Assembly (NCBI GenBank): GCA_001724265.1
Contig: MEDY01000254.1
Coordinates: 1 to 44,370, forward strand
Direction: 5' to 3'
Length of the DNA: 44,370 bases
From: Rhizaria sp. SCN 62-66
Taxonomy: Eukaryota
Part shown: in pieces, positions 35,210 through 44,100 of the stretch
How positions within the stretch are numbered: position 1 is the stretch's first letter
Layout of the letters: every line of letters begins with the position of its first letter
The notes under the pieces: model-generated
Database searches by the model: none
What the model was told of the DNA's origin: nothing
What the model saw: only the letters and a program-made list of their open reading frames with translations
Position numbers and translations under genes: made by a program

Positions 35210-38200
35210 ATGCGCCCGACCGCTCTGGCCCGGGGGGATGATCCTCTCTCTCTGATGGCGAACGACCGTCTCCAGCAGCAGCAACAGCAGCAACAGCAGC
35301 AGCAGCAGCAGCAGCAGTGCGCATACGGGTCGCTGCCCGGCAGCATGGTCGCCGCCCCGGGCGCGCAGACGCCCAACACCACCGCGGGCGCGCCGCCCCA
35401 GTTTGCGACGGCGCAGCCGAAGCTGTCCGTGCCTCCCCTGGGCCTGCGCCCCGCGGCTGGCGAGGCCGCGCCGATCCGCCCGCTCTACTCGTCGACGCAG
35501 TACGCGCCGGGCTCCAACGCGCTGCCGGGACTCTCTGCCGCCGCCGTCGCAGGGGTCGCACCGATTCAGTCGCGCGTGAGCCTGCTCGCCTCGGGCAGCC
35601 GCGGCCCGGGGCTGAGCGCGGCGGGCGACGCCTCCCCTACGGTAGGCTCGCCGCCCTCCGTGACCGAAGACGGCGTGCTGGACCTCCGCGCCGCTGAGCG
35701 CGCGCTCGAGCAGCGCAAACTTGCGCAGCAGCAGCAGGCGCAGAGCAACGCCGCGACCGGAGGGTCAGGCTCCGGCGGTGCGGGCTCCGGCGGCAGCGTG
35801 GGCCAGCAGCAGCAGTACCCCGCGCCCCTGCAAACGGACCCGGTGCCCTTCTCGCTCTACCCCGTCCCCGCGGCGCTGCAGACCTACTATGCGGACGACT
35901 CCGAGGGGCCCGCGGCGGTGGCGGGCGAGCAGCGCGTGCTGCACCTGCACCGCATCCACCACGTGGCGCTGGCGTCGGGCCGCGAGACGCTGGGCGACCT
36001 TATCGCGACCTCGTACCAGCTCGTCTTCGTACCGTACAAGGAGCAGCCACCCACGGTGCGCGGCGGCGTGCAGATGTACCCCATGTCGCGCACGGTTTCG
36101 ATCCCGCTCAACAACATCGAGGCCTGGGTGATCGACAAAAAGTCGGCACGGCCCGTCGCGCGCGTCGGCGAGGCCGCCATGTGCGTCGACATCCTCGGCA
36201 AAGACGCGCGCCACATCCGCATCGGCTTCGAGTCGGCGCAGGACGCGCAGTCGGCCACGGCCACCATCATGGCTTACATGTATCCCACTAGCACGCGCTT
36301 CCTCTTCCCGTCCTGCCTGCGCGCGCCCCCGCCCGCGGCGCCTGCGCACCTCGACGGGTGGAAGCTCTTCAGCCCCGCGGGCGAGTTCGCGCGCATGGGG
36401 CTGCCCAACAAGGCCTTCGCCGTGGGGCCCTACAACGCCGACTACGCGCTCTGCAGCACGTACCCCGAGGTGCTGTGCGTGCCCGCCGAGGACGTGCTGT
36501 CACCCGCGCAGCTCGCGGCCTCGGCCAAATTCCGCTCGCGCCAGCGCCTGCCCGTGCTGGTGTGGAAAAACCCCCATGGGTACCAGACCATCTGGCGCTG
36601 CTCGCAGCCGCGCATCGGGCTTGTCTCGTCGCGCTGCGCGGAGGATGAGGCGCTGCTAGACTACGTGACCAAGAGCAACAAGTGGGCCGAGGCCACGGTG
36701 ATCTTCGACGCGCGGCCACGCATGAACGCCGTGGGCAATCAGATCGCGGGCAAGGGCGTCGAGTCTGAGTCGACGTACACGACGTGCCGCGTGCGCTTCA
36801 TGGACATCCACAACATCCACGCCGTGCGCGACAGCTACAAAAAGCTCTGGCGCGCCGTTCTCTACGCCAAGACGGAGCTGCAGTATCTCACCGAGGTCGC
36901 GCAGTCTGGCTGGTTCGCGCACATGACGTCGATCCTCTCGGCCGTGCATCAGATGGTGGCATGCATCGACCGCGAGCAGCAGTCGGTCGTCACGCACTGC
37001 TCTGACGGCTGGGACCGCACCTCACAGCTCACGGCGCTGACGAAGCTCTGCGTGGACCCCTACTACCGCACCACGCGCGGCTTCATGGTGCTCGTCGAGC
37101 AGGAGTGGCTATCCTTCGGGCACAAGTTCTACGAACGCATGGGCCACGGCGTGCGCGAGCTCCACGACCAGCGCTCGCCGGTCTTCATCCAGTTCCTGGA
37201 CTGCGTGTACCAGTTGACGCGCCAGTTCCCGCGCCACTTTGAGTTCACCAGCGAGTTCCTCGCCCAGGTCGCCGTGCACAGCTACTCGTGCCGCTTCGGC
37301 ACCTTCCTGTGCAACTCCGAGGCCGAGCGGCGCCAGGCCAAGCTCGCCGAGACCACGCCCTCGCTGTGGACGTTCCTTCTGTGCTCGCCGCAGGCCGTGG
37401 CGGGCCATCTCACCAACGCCGCGTTCTCGCCCAGCGGCCGCGGTGACAACGTCGGCATCAACGAGGCCTGGCCCGTGCCGCTGCCCATGGGCTCCTTCCT
37501 CGCCTCCGCCGCCGCCGCTGCTGCGAATGCTGCGCCCGCTGTTGCTGCAGTGGCTGCGGCCCCTGTCGTGGACGAGAACGACTCGATCGCCCAGCTCCCC
37601 GCGCCCACCATCCCCGCCGACGCAGACTCTGCCGACGCCAACGCTGGCGCTAACACTGACTCAAACGCTGTCGAACCGACCAAGTCTGCCGCCAGCTCCG
37701 CTCCCGCGACCCCGGATGTCGTCGTCGACTCCAGCGCCGTTGCCACCATTAGTGCCAGCGCCAGCGCCAGCTCTGCCGAGAGCGCCGACGCTGACGCCGA
37801 CGCCGACACGGAGGGCAAGAGCCCCGAGACGGCGGTGTCCGACTGCGCGCTGTCATGCAGCGAGTCGCAGCACCTGGTGGCCGTGACGGGCCCCGGCGGT
37901 GTGGCCGGGCTCATGACGCCGCCGCCCGGGCTGCTCGGCGCCGGACACTGCGGCGGCGACGCGCTCGCGCTCGCACTCGCTTCCCCCGCCATCAACGCCA
38001 GCGCCAGCGCTAGCGCCGAGGCGGAGGCGGAGGCGGAGGCGGCGACGGCGGCGAGCGATGCCGCTGAGAAGGCTGACGAGCAGGAGCAGAATGCCGACTC
38101 CTCTGCCCCTGCTGCTGCAGCTGCGCCCGTGACGGCTGCGGCCGCGCTCGCCGCCGCGGCTGCGTCTGCGTCGTCGCCGTCTCCCGTCGTCTCCCCCGTC

Positions 38201-38653
38201 CCCGCGCCGACGACCCCGTTCGCGCCCGCGGCCACCGCAGCGGCAGCCGCCGCACCGGAGCCGGCCAAGGGTCTGTTTCCGCGCCTGCTGGGCGACGCCT
38301 ACACCCACCCTCTCTCGCGCGGCACTGTACTCTACCCGTGCGTCTCCCCACGCGCGCTGGCCGTGTGGCCCGAGTTTTGGCTGCGCTTCCAGAAGGAGGA
38401 CGCGGCGCTGCTCGGCGGCGGGCCCGGCGCGGTTTTCCCGGGCGGCGGCGCCACGTGTGCGTCGCTGCTCGACACGCGCGCGCGCGTCGCCAACGCGCAT
38501 CTGCACTGGGCGCGCTCCGTCGCCAGCGAGGCCAAGGCCGAGGCCGTGGGCGCGCAACAGGAGCTCGCCCGTGTCAGCGCCGAGCTGGCCGAGAGGGACC
38601 GAGAGGTCGAGCGCCTCCGCGCCGCGCTGCTCGCCGCCGGCATCCAGCCTTGA
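35210..38653 (+). CDS. Myotubularin-family phosphoinositide 3-phosphatase, catalytically intact; ~1,147 aa
   Basis: PH-GRAM-like region (GDLIATSYQLVF...DILGKDARHIRIGF); GWKLF; NADYALCSTYP; FRSRQRLPVL; RCSQP; DARPRMNA..N..GKGVE; NIHAVRDS; active site HCSDGWDRT; DPYYRTTRGF..LVEQEWLSFGHKF; SPVFIQFLDCVYQL; FGTFLCNSE; C-terminal coiled coil. Start is ATG 35210 or 35255. Ends in TGA. Confidence 0.95.
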   Translation: MRPTALARGDDPLSLMANDRLQQQQQQQQQQQQQQQCAYGSLPGSMVAAPGAQTPNTTAGAPPQFATAQPKLSVPPLGLRPAAGEAAPIRPLYSSTQYAPGSNALPGLSAAAVAGVAPIQSRVSLLASGSRGPGLSAAGDASPTVGSPPSVTEDGVLDLRAAERALEQRKLAQQQQAQSNAATGGSGSGGAGSGGSVGQQQQYPAPLQTDPVPFSLYPVPAALQTYYADDSEGPAAVAGEQRVLHLHRIHHVALASGRETLGDLIATSYQLVFVPYKEQPPTVRGGVQMYPMSRTVSIPLNNIEAWVIDKKSARPVARVGEAAMCVDILGKDARHIRIGFESAQDAQSATATIMAYMYPTSTRFLFPSCLRAPPPAAPAHLDGWKLFSPAGEFARMGLPNKAFAVGPYNADYALCSTYPEVLCVPAEDVLSPAQLAASAKFRSRQRLPVLVWKNPHGYQTIWRCSQPRIGLVSSRCAEDEALLDYVTKSNKWAEATVIFDARPRMNAVGNQIAGKGVESESTYTTCRVRFMDIHNIHAVRDSYKKLWRAVLYAKTELQYLTEVAQSGWFAHMTSILSAVHQMVACIDREQQSVVTHCSDGWDRTSQLTALTKLCVDPYYRTTRGFMVLVEQEWLSFGHKFYERMGHGVRELHDQRSPVFIQFLDCVYQLTRQFPRHFEFTSEFLAQVAVHSYSCRFGTFLCNSEAERRQAKLAETTPSLWTFLLCSPQAVAGHLTNAAFSPSGRGDNVGINEAWPVPLPMGSFLASAAAAAANAAPAVAAVAAAPVVDENDSIAQLPAPTIPADADSADANAGANTDSNAVEPTKSAASSAPATPDVVVDSSAVATISASASASSAESADADADADTEGKSPETAVSDCALSCSESQHLVAVTGPGGVAGLMTPPPGLLGAGHCGGDALALALASPAINASASASAEAEAEAEAATAASDAAEKADEQEQNADSSAPAAAAAPVTAAAALAAAAASASSPSPVVSPVPAPTTPFAPAATAAAAAAPEPAKGLFPRLLGDAYTHPLSRGTVLYPCVSPRALAVWPEFWLRFQKEDAALLGGGPGAVFPGGGATCASLLDTRARVANAHLHWARSVASEAKAEAVGAQQELARVSAELAERDREVERLRAALLAAGIQP
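35273..35317 (+). repeat. Coding CAG/CAA repeat (Q15) in the myotubularin N-terminus
   Basis: 15 consecutive CAR codons, none of them TAG. Confidence 0.9.
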
Positions 38654-39139
38654 GCTTGAAGCCTTGAGCTTGAAGTGAGCGAAAGCCCAAAAGTTTGCAC
38701 AATGATAAGAGTGTGGCTTGTTGTAGAGTAGAGTGACGGGTGACTGCAGTCTTTTGTTGTTTTTATTTTTTCAAAAAACTGTTCTATCACTCAAATTTTA
38801 TGTTTTCTTTGACTAATTTGTTGCATGTACGTACTACGACTGGGAATGGTTTCCTTCATTGTATGATGGGTTACGAGAGGCCAGTTGAGAATAGTTACAT
38901 GCTGACAGTACAGCGACACTTTGTACATCCTACCACATAAATAAGTGAATTCACTATCACATGTACAGAAAATTTCATATAACATTCGTTAAATTTCAAA
39001 TCATAGATGAAAGAAACTTCTAAAGTGTATTTTCTTGCGAAAGGCACAATGTGTGCTATAATTTAGACAGCCAAAGGCCGTTATTCGTCATCTCTGGCCC
39101 CGCGTTCTTTTCCCATTCAATGTGCTTAGCGTGCATCCT

Positions 39140-42100
39140 TCAGCGGACGAACTTCTTGTTCTTGTCCGCGGCCTTGAGCTTGGCGACCATGCTCGAGATG
39201 TCGCTCTTGTCCTCGGCAGCGCTCGTCGCCTTACTCACCGCCGCGCCGGGGGCCTTCGCCGCGTTGGACGCCAGCTTGCTCTTGCGCTCAGCCAGTGCGA
39301 GCTCCTGCTCCTTGGCGCGCTCGCGGCGGCGGCGCTGCGCCTCGGCCAGCAGCTCCTCGGCGCCCTGCGTGGCCTTAAAGCCCGTTGCTGTGGGGTCGAT
39401 CGCGAACGCAGGGTCCTCAAACACGGCCGCGAAACGGTCGTCCTTGACGTTGACGCGGAAGCCCTCGTCGTCGCCGCCCACGGACACGCCCGCGGCGGCC
39501 GCCTTGCGCGCGCGCTTGACGCGCTGGCTCATGTCGATCTCCTCGTCGTCGTCGCTGCCCGACTCGGCGGCGGCGACGGCCGCGGCAGCCTTCTTGACGC
39601 GGAGCGCCTCGGCGATGAGCGCGTCCTCGCGGTCACGGTTGCGAACGACCTTCTTGGCCTCAGCCTTCTTCTTGTCGCGCTGCTCCTTGAGCAGCGCCTT
39701 GAGCGAGTAGCCGCCGCGGCGCGCGTCGGCAGCGTCCGAGTTCTCGCCAGAGTCGGAGCCGTCCGAGGCGCCAGCCATCATCTCCAGCCGCGCGCGGTCC
39801 GCCTCGCGCTTCTTCTTGGCCGCATCCTTGGCGCCCTTGCCGCCGGCGTCACTGTCGTCGCCGGAGGATGACGAGGCCCCGGCGTCGGCGAAGGTCGCGC
39901 GCTTGCCGCCCTTGCCCTTCTTGCCATCCTTGCCGTCGGTGTCGCCATCCTTCTTGCGCGGGTCGACGTAGTTCCCGTCCTTGAAGGCGTCCTTGAAGAA
40001 CTCGTCGTTGGGGTCATAGTCGATCGCGTCGTCGTCGTACAGCGAGTTGGACTCGTGGCGCTTGCGCACCGCCGCAGCGCTACCGCTGCCGCCGCCGTCC
40101 TCGTCGTCGTCGTCGTCGCTGCCGCCACCACGGCGCGCGCCACCGCGGGGCGTCTTGAGGTAGATGGCACCCTGGCGACGCTGCGCGTCCTCGGCAGCGG
40201 CCTTCTCCTTGCCGCGCTTGATGGCTGCCTTCTTCTTCTCCTTCTTCTTGTCCAGGAAGGCCTGCCACTGCGACTTGGCCTCGCTCTGCTGCGTCGCGCG
40301 GTCCTTGTTGCCCGCGTTGGCGGCGATGCGCTCCGCCGCCATCATCAGTGCCGGCTGGAACACGATCTCGGCGCCGTCAGACTCGGACTCGGACGCCGAC
40401 TCGGTCTCCTCGCTGTCCTCGTCGCTGTCATCGCTGTCATCGTCGCTGCCGCGCGCGAGCGCCTTGTTGGCCTTCTTGATGGTGGCCGCGCGGAGCTTGT
40501 CCTTCTCGCTGCGGCCGCCGCGCACGTCGTCGAGCAGCGCCGCAAACGAGGCGCGCGCGCGCCGCTTGAGCAGCACCGTCTTCTTCTTCTTCGGCTTCAG
40601 CCCGCCCTCGCCGTCGGCATCGCTGTCACTGTCGTCGGTGTCGCTACCTTTGTTCCCCGTGCCGAGCTTGCCGCCCTTCTTGCCGGCCTTCTTGGCGGCC
40701 TTGGCGTCGGAGTCCTCCGAGTCGGACGAGGTGTCGGCGTCGTAGTCGGTCACGGGCACGTCGGTGCCCTCGGCCTCCTCGTCGACGTCAGAGGCCATGA
40801 ACACGTCCAGGTCGGCGGCGTCGTAGTCGGCCTTGGTGAAGGCGCGGCGCAGCTGCTTCGCGCGGCGCGGGTCTTCGCGGTCCCACGTGCACTGCACGCG
40901 GCTGTGCTGCAGCGCCGTCGTAGCGAAGGATGGCGCCATGTAGCCCACAGGCAGCTTGGTCGCGTCGTCGCGCAGGTCCGCCTCGTCGAAGGCGTGCTCC
41001 TTAGGCACGAAGCGCATGTCGATGATGTTGGCGGACCGCATGAACTCGAGTCCGTCGGCCTCGCGGTATACGTGGAGAGCCGTCGCCGCAGAGTCAAAGG
41101 TGCACACGGCGAAGAAGTAGCGCAGCTTGCGCAGCTCGTAAGCGCGCAGCTTGGCCTGGTCGATAGACTCGTCGCCCTCCTCGCGGTCCTGTTGCAGCGC
41201 CAGCGCGTCCTCGTCAGAGTCGACGTCGTCATCCTCGTCCTCGTCCTCCATCGCAGCACCGGCGGCAGCGGCGTCGTCGTCGTCGCCGCCGTTGGCGTCG
41301 GCGACGCGGCGCAGCTCGCGCTCAACCTCGTCGTCGTCGATCTCGGAGCCGATGTCGTCCTCCTCCTCGTCCTCGTCGTCGTCGTCGCTGTCGTCGCTGC
41401 TGTCGCCGCCGGCGGCCTTCTTCTTCTGCTGCTTGGCGGCCTTAGCCTTGGCCTTGGCCTCGGCCTTGGCGTCGGCGGCGGCCGCGGCGGCGGCCTCGGC
41501 GGCCTCGCGAGCCTGCGCCTTCATGAGGCGCTTGTGCACCTTGCTGTCGCCCTTCTTCTCGCCGTCACCGTCCACGGCGGCCACGGCGGCGGCGGCGGGG
41601 GGGGAAGGCGTGGGCGCGGCGGTGGCGGACTTGGAGAAGAGCCCCGAGGGCCCGAAGCGCGCCTCGTGCGCCATATGCTCCTTGCCGAACTGCGACGCGT
41701 ACACGGCGACGCGCTCCACGCGGCCGTTGGCGGGCAAGAACGAGGCGACCACGGCCAGGAGATCGGTCGCGCGCAGCTGCTCCCACTCGAGGTTCACCAG
41801 CGCGAGCCGCGGCGTGGGCTCCGAGGTCACGCCCGCGGAGGCGCCCGCGATGCCGCCGTGCAGCGTGTCGCCGTCGCCCGCCGCGTCGTCCGAGTCCTCG
41901 GAGTCCGCGGAGTCTGAGGCGGCGTCGGAGATGTCGCCGTCGGTGCCAATGTCGGTCGAGTCGGAGCCGATGTCGGTCGAGTCCTCCTTCTGCTCCTCGT
42001 CGTCATCCTCACTGTCAGTCTCGGCCTTCTTGGAAGACTTGGAGGACTTGGCGACAGTCTATTTGTCGGACTTGGCGGTAGCGGGCTTGGCGGACTTGGT

Positions 42101-42361
42101 AGGCTTCTTCTTGTTGTCGTCGCTGTCCTCGTCGTCCTCGTCTTCGGCGGCGGCGACGGAGAGCTTGTTCTGCACGTTGCGGCTCTTGAGCTCGACCTTG
42201 CGGCCGAACTTGTCAAAGGCGCCGCCCGTGGAGAAGTCCTTGTCCTTGATCACCGTCTCAAAGCGGCGGTCGACCACACCGCTGCTTTTCTTCTCTGTCA
42301 TCCGCTTAAAGCGCGGGTCAGACTTGGCATGGCTGAAACGGGGATCGTTGAAGCCAGACAT
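39140..42361 (-). CDS. ESF1: Nucleolar pre-rRNA processing protein ESF1; ~1,073 aa; internal TAG at 42061-42059
   Basis: N-terminal DPRF...DPRF...VDRRF...DKDF...DKFGR; TPRLALVNLEWEQLRATDL; VAVYASQFGKEHM..E...GP; KLRAYELRKLRYFFAV; DGLEFMRSANIIDMRFVP; TTALQHSRVQCTWD; NUC153 motif DDRFAAVFEDPAFAIDPT. The two ORF-track pieces join in frame through the TAG plus 76 open codons. Ends in TGA. Confidence 0.92.
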
Positions 42362-42735
42362 GTCCTTCTGTCAAAGCACGCAGCGTGAGAGAAAAGAAAG
42401 GGTTCACCGGAGCATAAGAAAGCAGGATTTCAGGTGAGTAAAAAAATAAAAACAATACAAAACTAGAAGAAATCCCAAAAAACCCAATTATAGAGTCAAT
42501 GTACGATTGTAGATAAAGATATCTGCATTTTCCGTGAGGCACTTTTTCTGTTTCGAGAGGCTCGGTCGGTCAGGTTCGTGAAAATGGGCAAAATTGCTTT
42601 CCGCTCTCGCCCAGTCACGAAAAGTAACGGTAAGAGGTCGTTTTGTTGAGGCTAAAAAGCACTGCAACAGACTGTTCGTTCCGCTTTTGACAGCACTTTA
42701 AAGAGGAAACTTTTAGTTTTGTAACTAGTCACATC

Positions 42736-44004
42736 ATGTCTGGCCGCAACCAGTATGGCGCCCAGTCCCAGCAGGACAACGAGTCGATCTACTCGCTGAT
42801 CAGTCGTCCTGAGGAAGTCCAAGCCCGCCCGGCGATGTACCGGAGCCGCTACCCGCCCACGGCACCCCCCACGGCGTCCACTTTCCGCCAGGGCCCCACC
42901 TCACAAGCCCAAATCAGCAACATCGCCGGCGACTACGACGACCAGGAGGCCCACAAGCGCACTGGCGCCCTCTTCGGCCCCAAGGAGTCGGTGCAGCCCG
43001 ACCCGTCCTCCTACCTCAAGAAGGGCACCCGCACCCTCTCTCTGCAGAAGAGCGCCGCCAAAGGTATGTTCTAGACCTTGCTTAGTTTATTCCCCTCTTC
43101 TTCTCTTTCTTCTCTCGTCTCTTCTGGCAAGCCTTATGGCTTGCGAGGTGTCCAAGCACCGTTTCACTTCTTGCTCTATCTTATCTTGTTGTTTCTCGCT
43201 CTGTCGTCCGCGGTCCGCTTGCTTCTTCGCGACATGCGTCTTCTCAATGTTATTTGGCTCTGCTTCTTACCTCCTTGTCCGCTTGCTTTTGCATTCTCGC
43301 TTCTTCTACTCTTTCCTGCCACGCCCAACAAACTTCACATCTCGCCTGCTCTACACTGCTCAACACTGCTCTCCGCACCCCTCACAGCGTCTCTGCAGCA
43401 GTCATCGTTCCACTACGAAGACCGCCGCAAGGAGATGGTCGACCTGACGCCCAACGCCGCCGCCGCGGCCGCCGCCGCCAAGGCTGCGCAGGGCCACACG
43501 GGCTCCCGTGGCCAGCCCCGCAACTTCATCGCCGAAAACACGCTGCGCGCGGTCAAGCTGCGCCCGCCGGCGCCCGTGGTGCGCGAGGCCGACGTCGACT
43601 ACACCAAGAAGGCGACGTTCGGCAAGGTGCCCGCGTACCTGGACACGGTGCGCGACAACATCGCGCGCGAGAAGGAGTACATCGCCCACATGATGGCCAC
43701 GCGCGCGTCTGCGCAGCACGCCGCCACGCAGCGCCAGGCTCCGCAGGTCGTGCCCATGCCCGAGGAGGAGCGCCAAGCGCTGTTGGCCGACCTCAAGCGC
43801 AAGTGGGAGCAAGTCAACACGCAGTACCAGCGCATGACGCACATCGTGAACCTCGACACCACGGGCAAGGTGCGCCGCAAGGAGGAGTGCGAGCAGCAGC
43901 TGCAGCAGCTTGAGAAGAGCATCGAGAAGCTCTCTAAGCGCAACGTCTACGTTGCCGCGGACGACTACGGCTACCAACAGCAGCAACAGTTCCAGTCCTA
44001 CTAA
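42736..44004 (+). CDS. ENKUR: Enkurin, an axonemal protein; ~314 aa; exons 42736-43063 and 43388-44004
   Basis: ESIYSLI..E......MYRSRY; FGP.....PDPSSYLKKG; RNFIAEN; YTKKATFGKVPAYL; EEERQALLADLKRKWEQVNTQYQ; DTTGKVRRKEECEQQLQQLEKSIEKL. Ends in TAA. Confidence 0.88.
43064..43387 (+). other. Intron in the enkurin gene (324 nt, phase 1)
   Basis: GTATGT...TCACAG and pyrimidine-rich. This acceptor keeps the frame, whereas the two CAG sites just downstream are the wrong phase. Confidence 0.85.
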
Positions 44005-44072
44005 GCAAGCGTCCGCATTAGAAGCAATGCTTCGATATGCTGACTGGCAGGCAAACTTCACTGGTAACTAGC

Positions 44073-44100
44073 TCTCTCTCTCTCTTCCTCTCTCTCTCTC
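44073..44100. repeat. Interrupted (CT)n microsatellite downstream of enkurin
   Basis: ctctctctctctcttcctctctctctctc. Confidence 0.8.

Noticed and set aside
38647-38675. Short tandem duplication (gccttgagcttgaa x2) spanning the myotubularin stop codon
   Set aside because: A local slippage event with no evidence of function or of a mobile-element footprint.
29037-41917. Long antisense or alternate-frame ORFs (e.g. 29037-30341 -, 31207-33279 +, 40055-41917 +)
   Set aside because: These are shadow ORFs caused by high GC and strong codon bias on the real coding strand. Their translations are Arg/Gly/Val-rich with no motifs.
2059-42061. Programmed readthrough or pyrrolysine insertion at the TAGs
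   Set aside because: There is no shared 3' context such as CARYYA or CUAG, and the sites lie in non-conserved linkers. Pyrrolysine is not known in eukaryotes and no pyl genes are present in the window.
4033-42361. Calling trehalase, DPH6 and ESF1 pseudogenes
   Set aside because: There are no frameshifts, conserved motifs are intact, and the only lesion type is TAG, repeated across unrelated housekeeping genes.
43078-43387. Hydrophobic N-terminus of the track ORF 43078-44004 as a membrane anchor
   Set aside because: It is the translated pyrimidine-rich enkurin intron. The apparent leaders of ORFs 628, 14221, 15718 and 27582 are likewise probably intron or UTR sequence.
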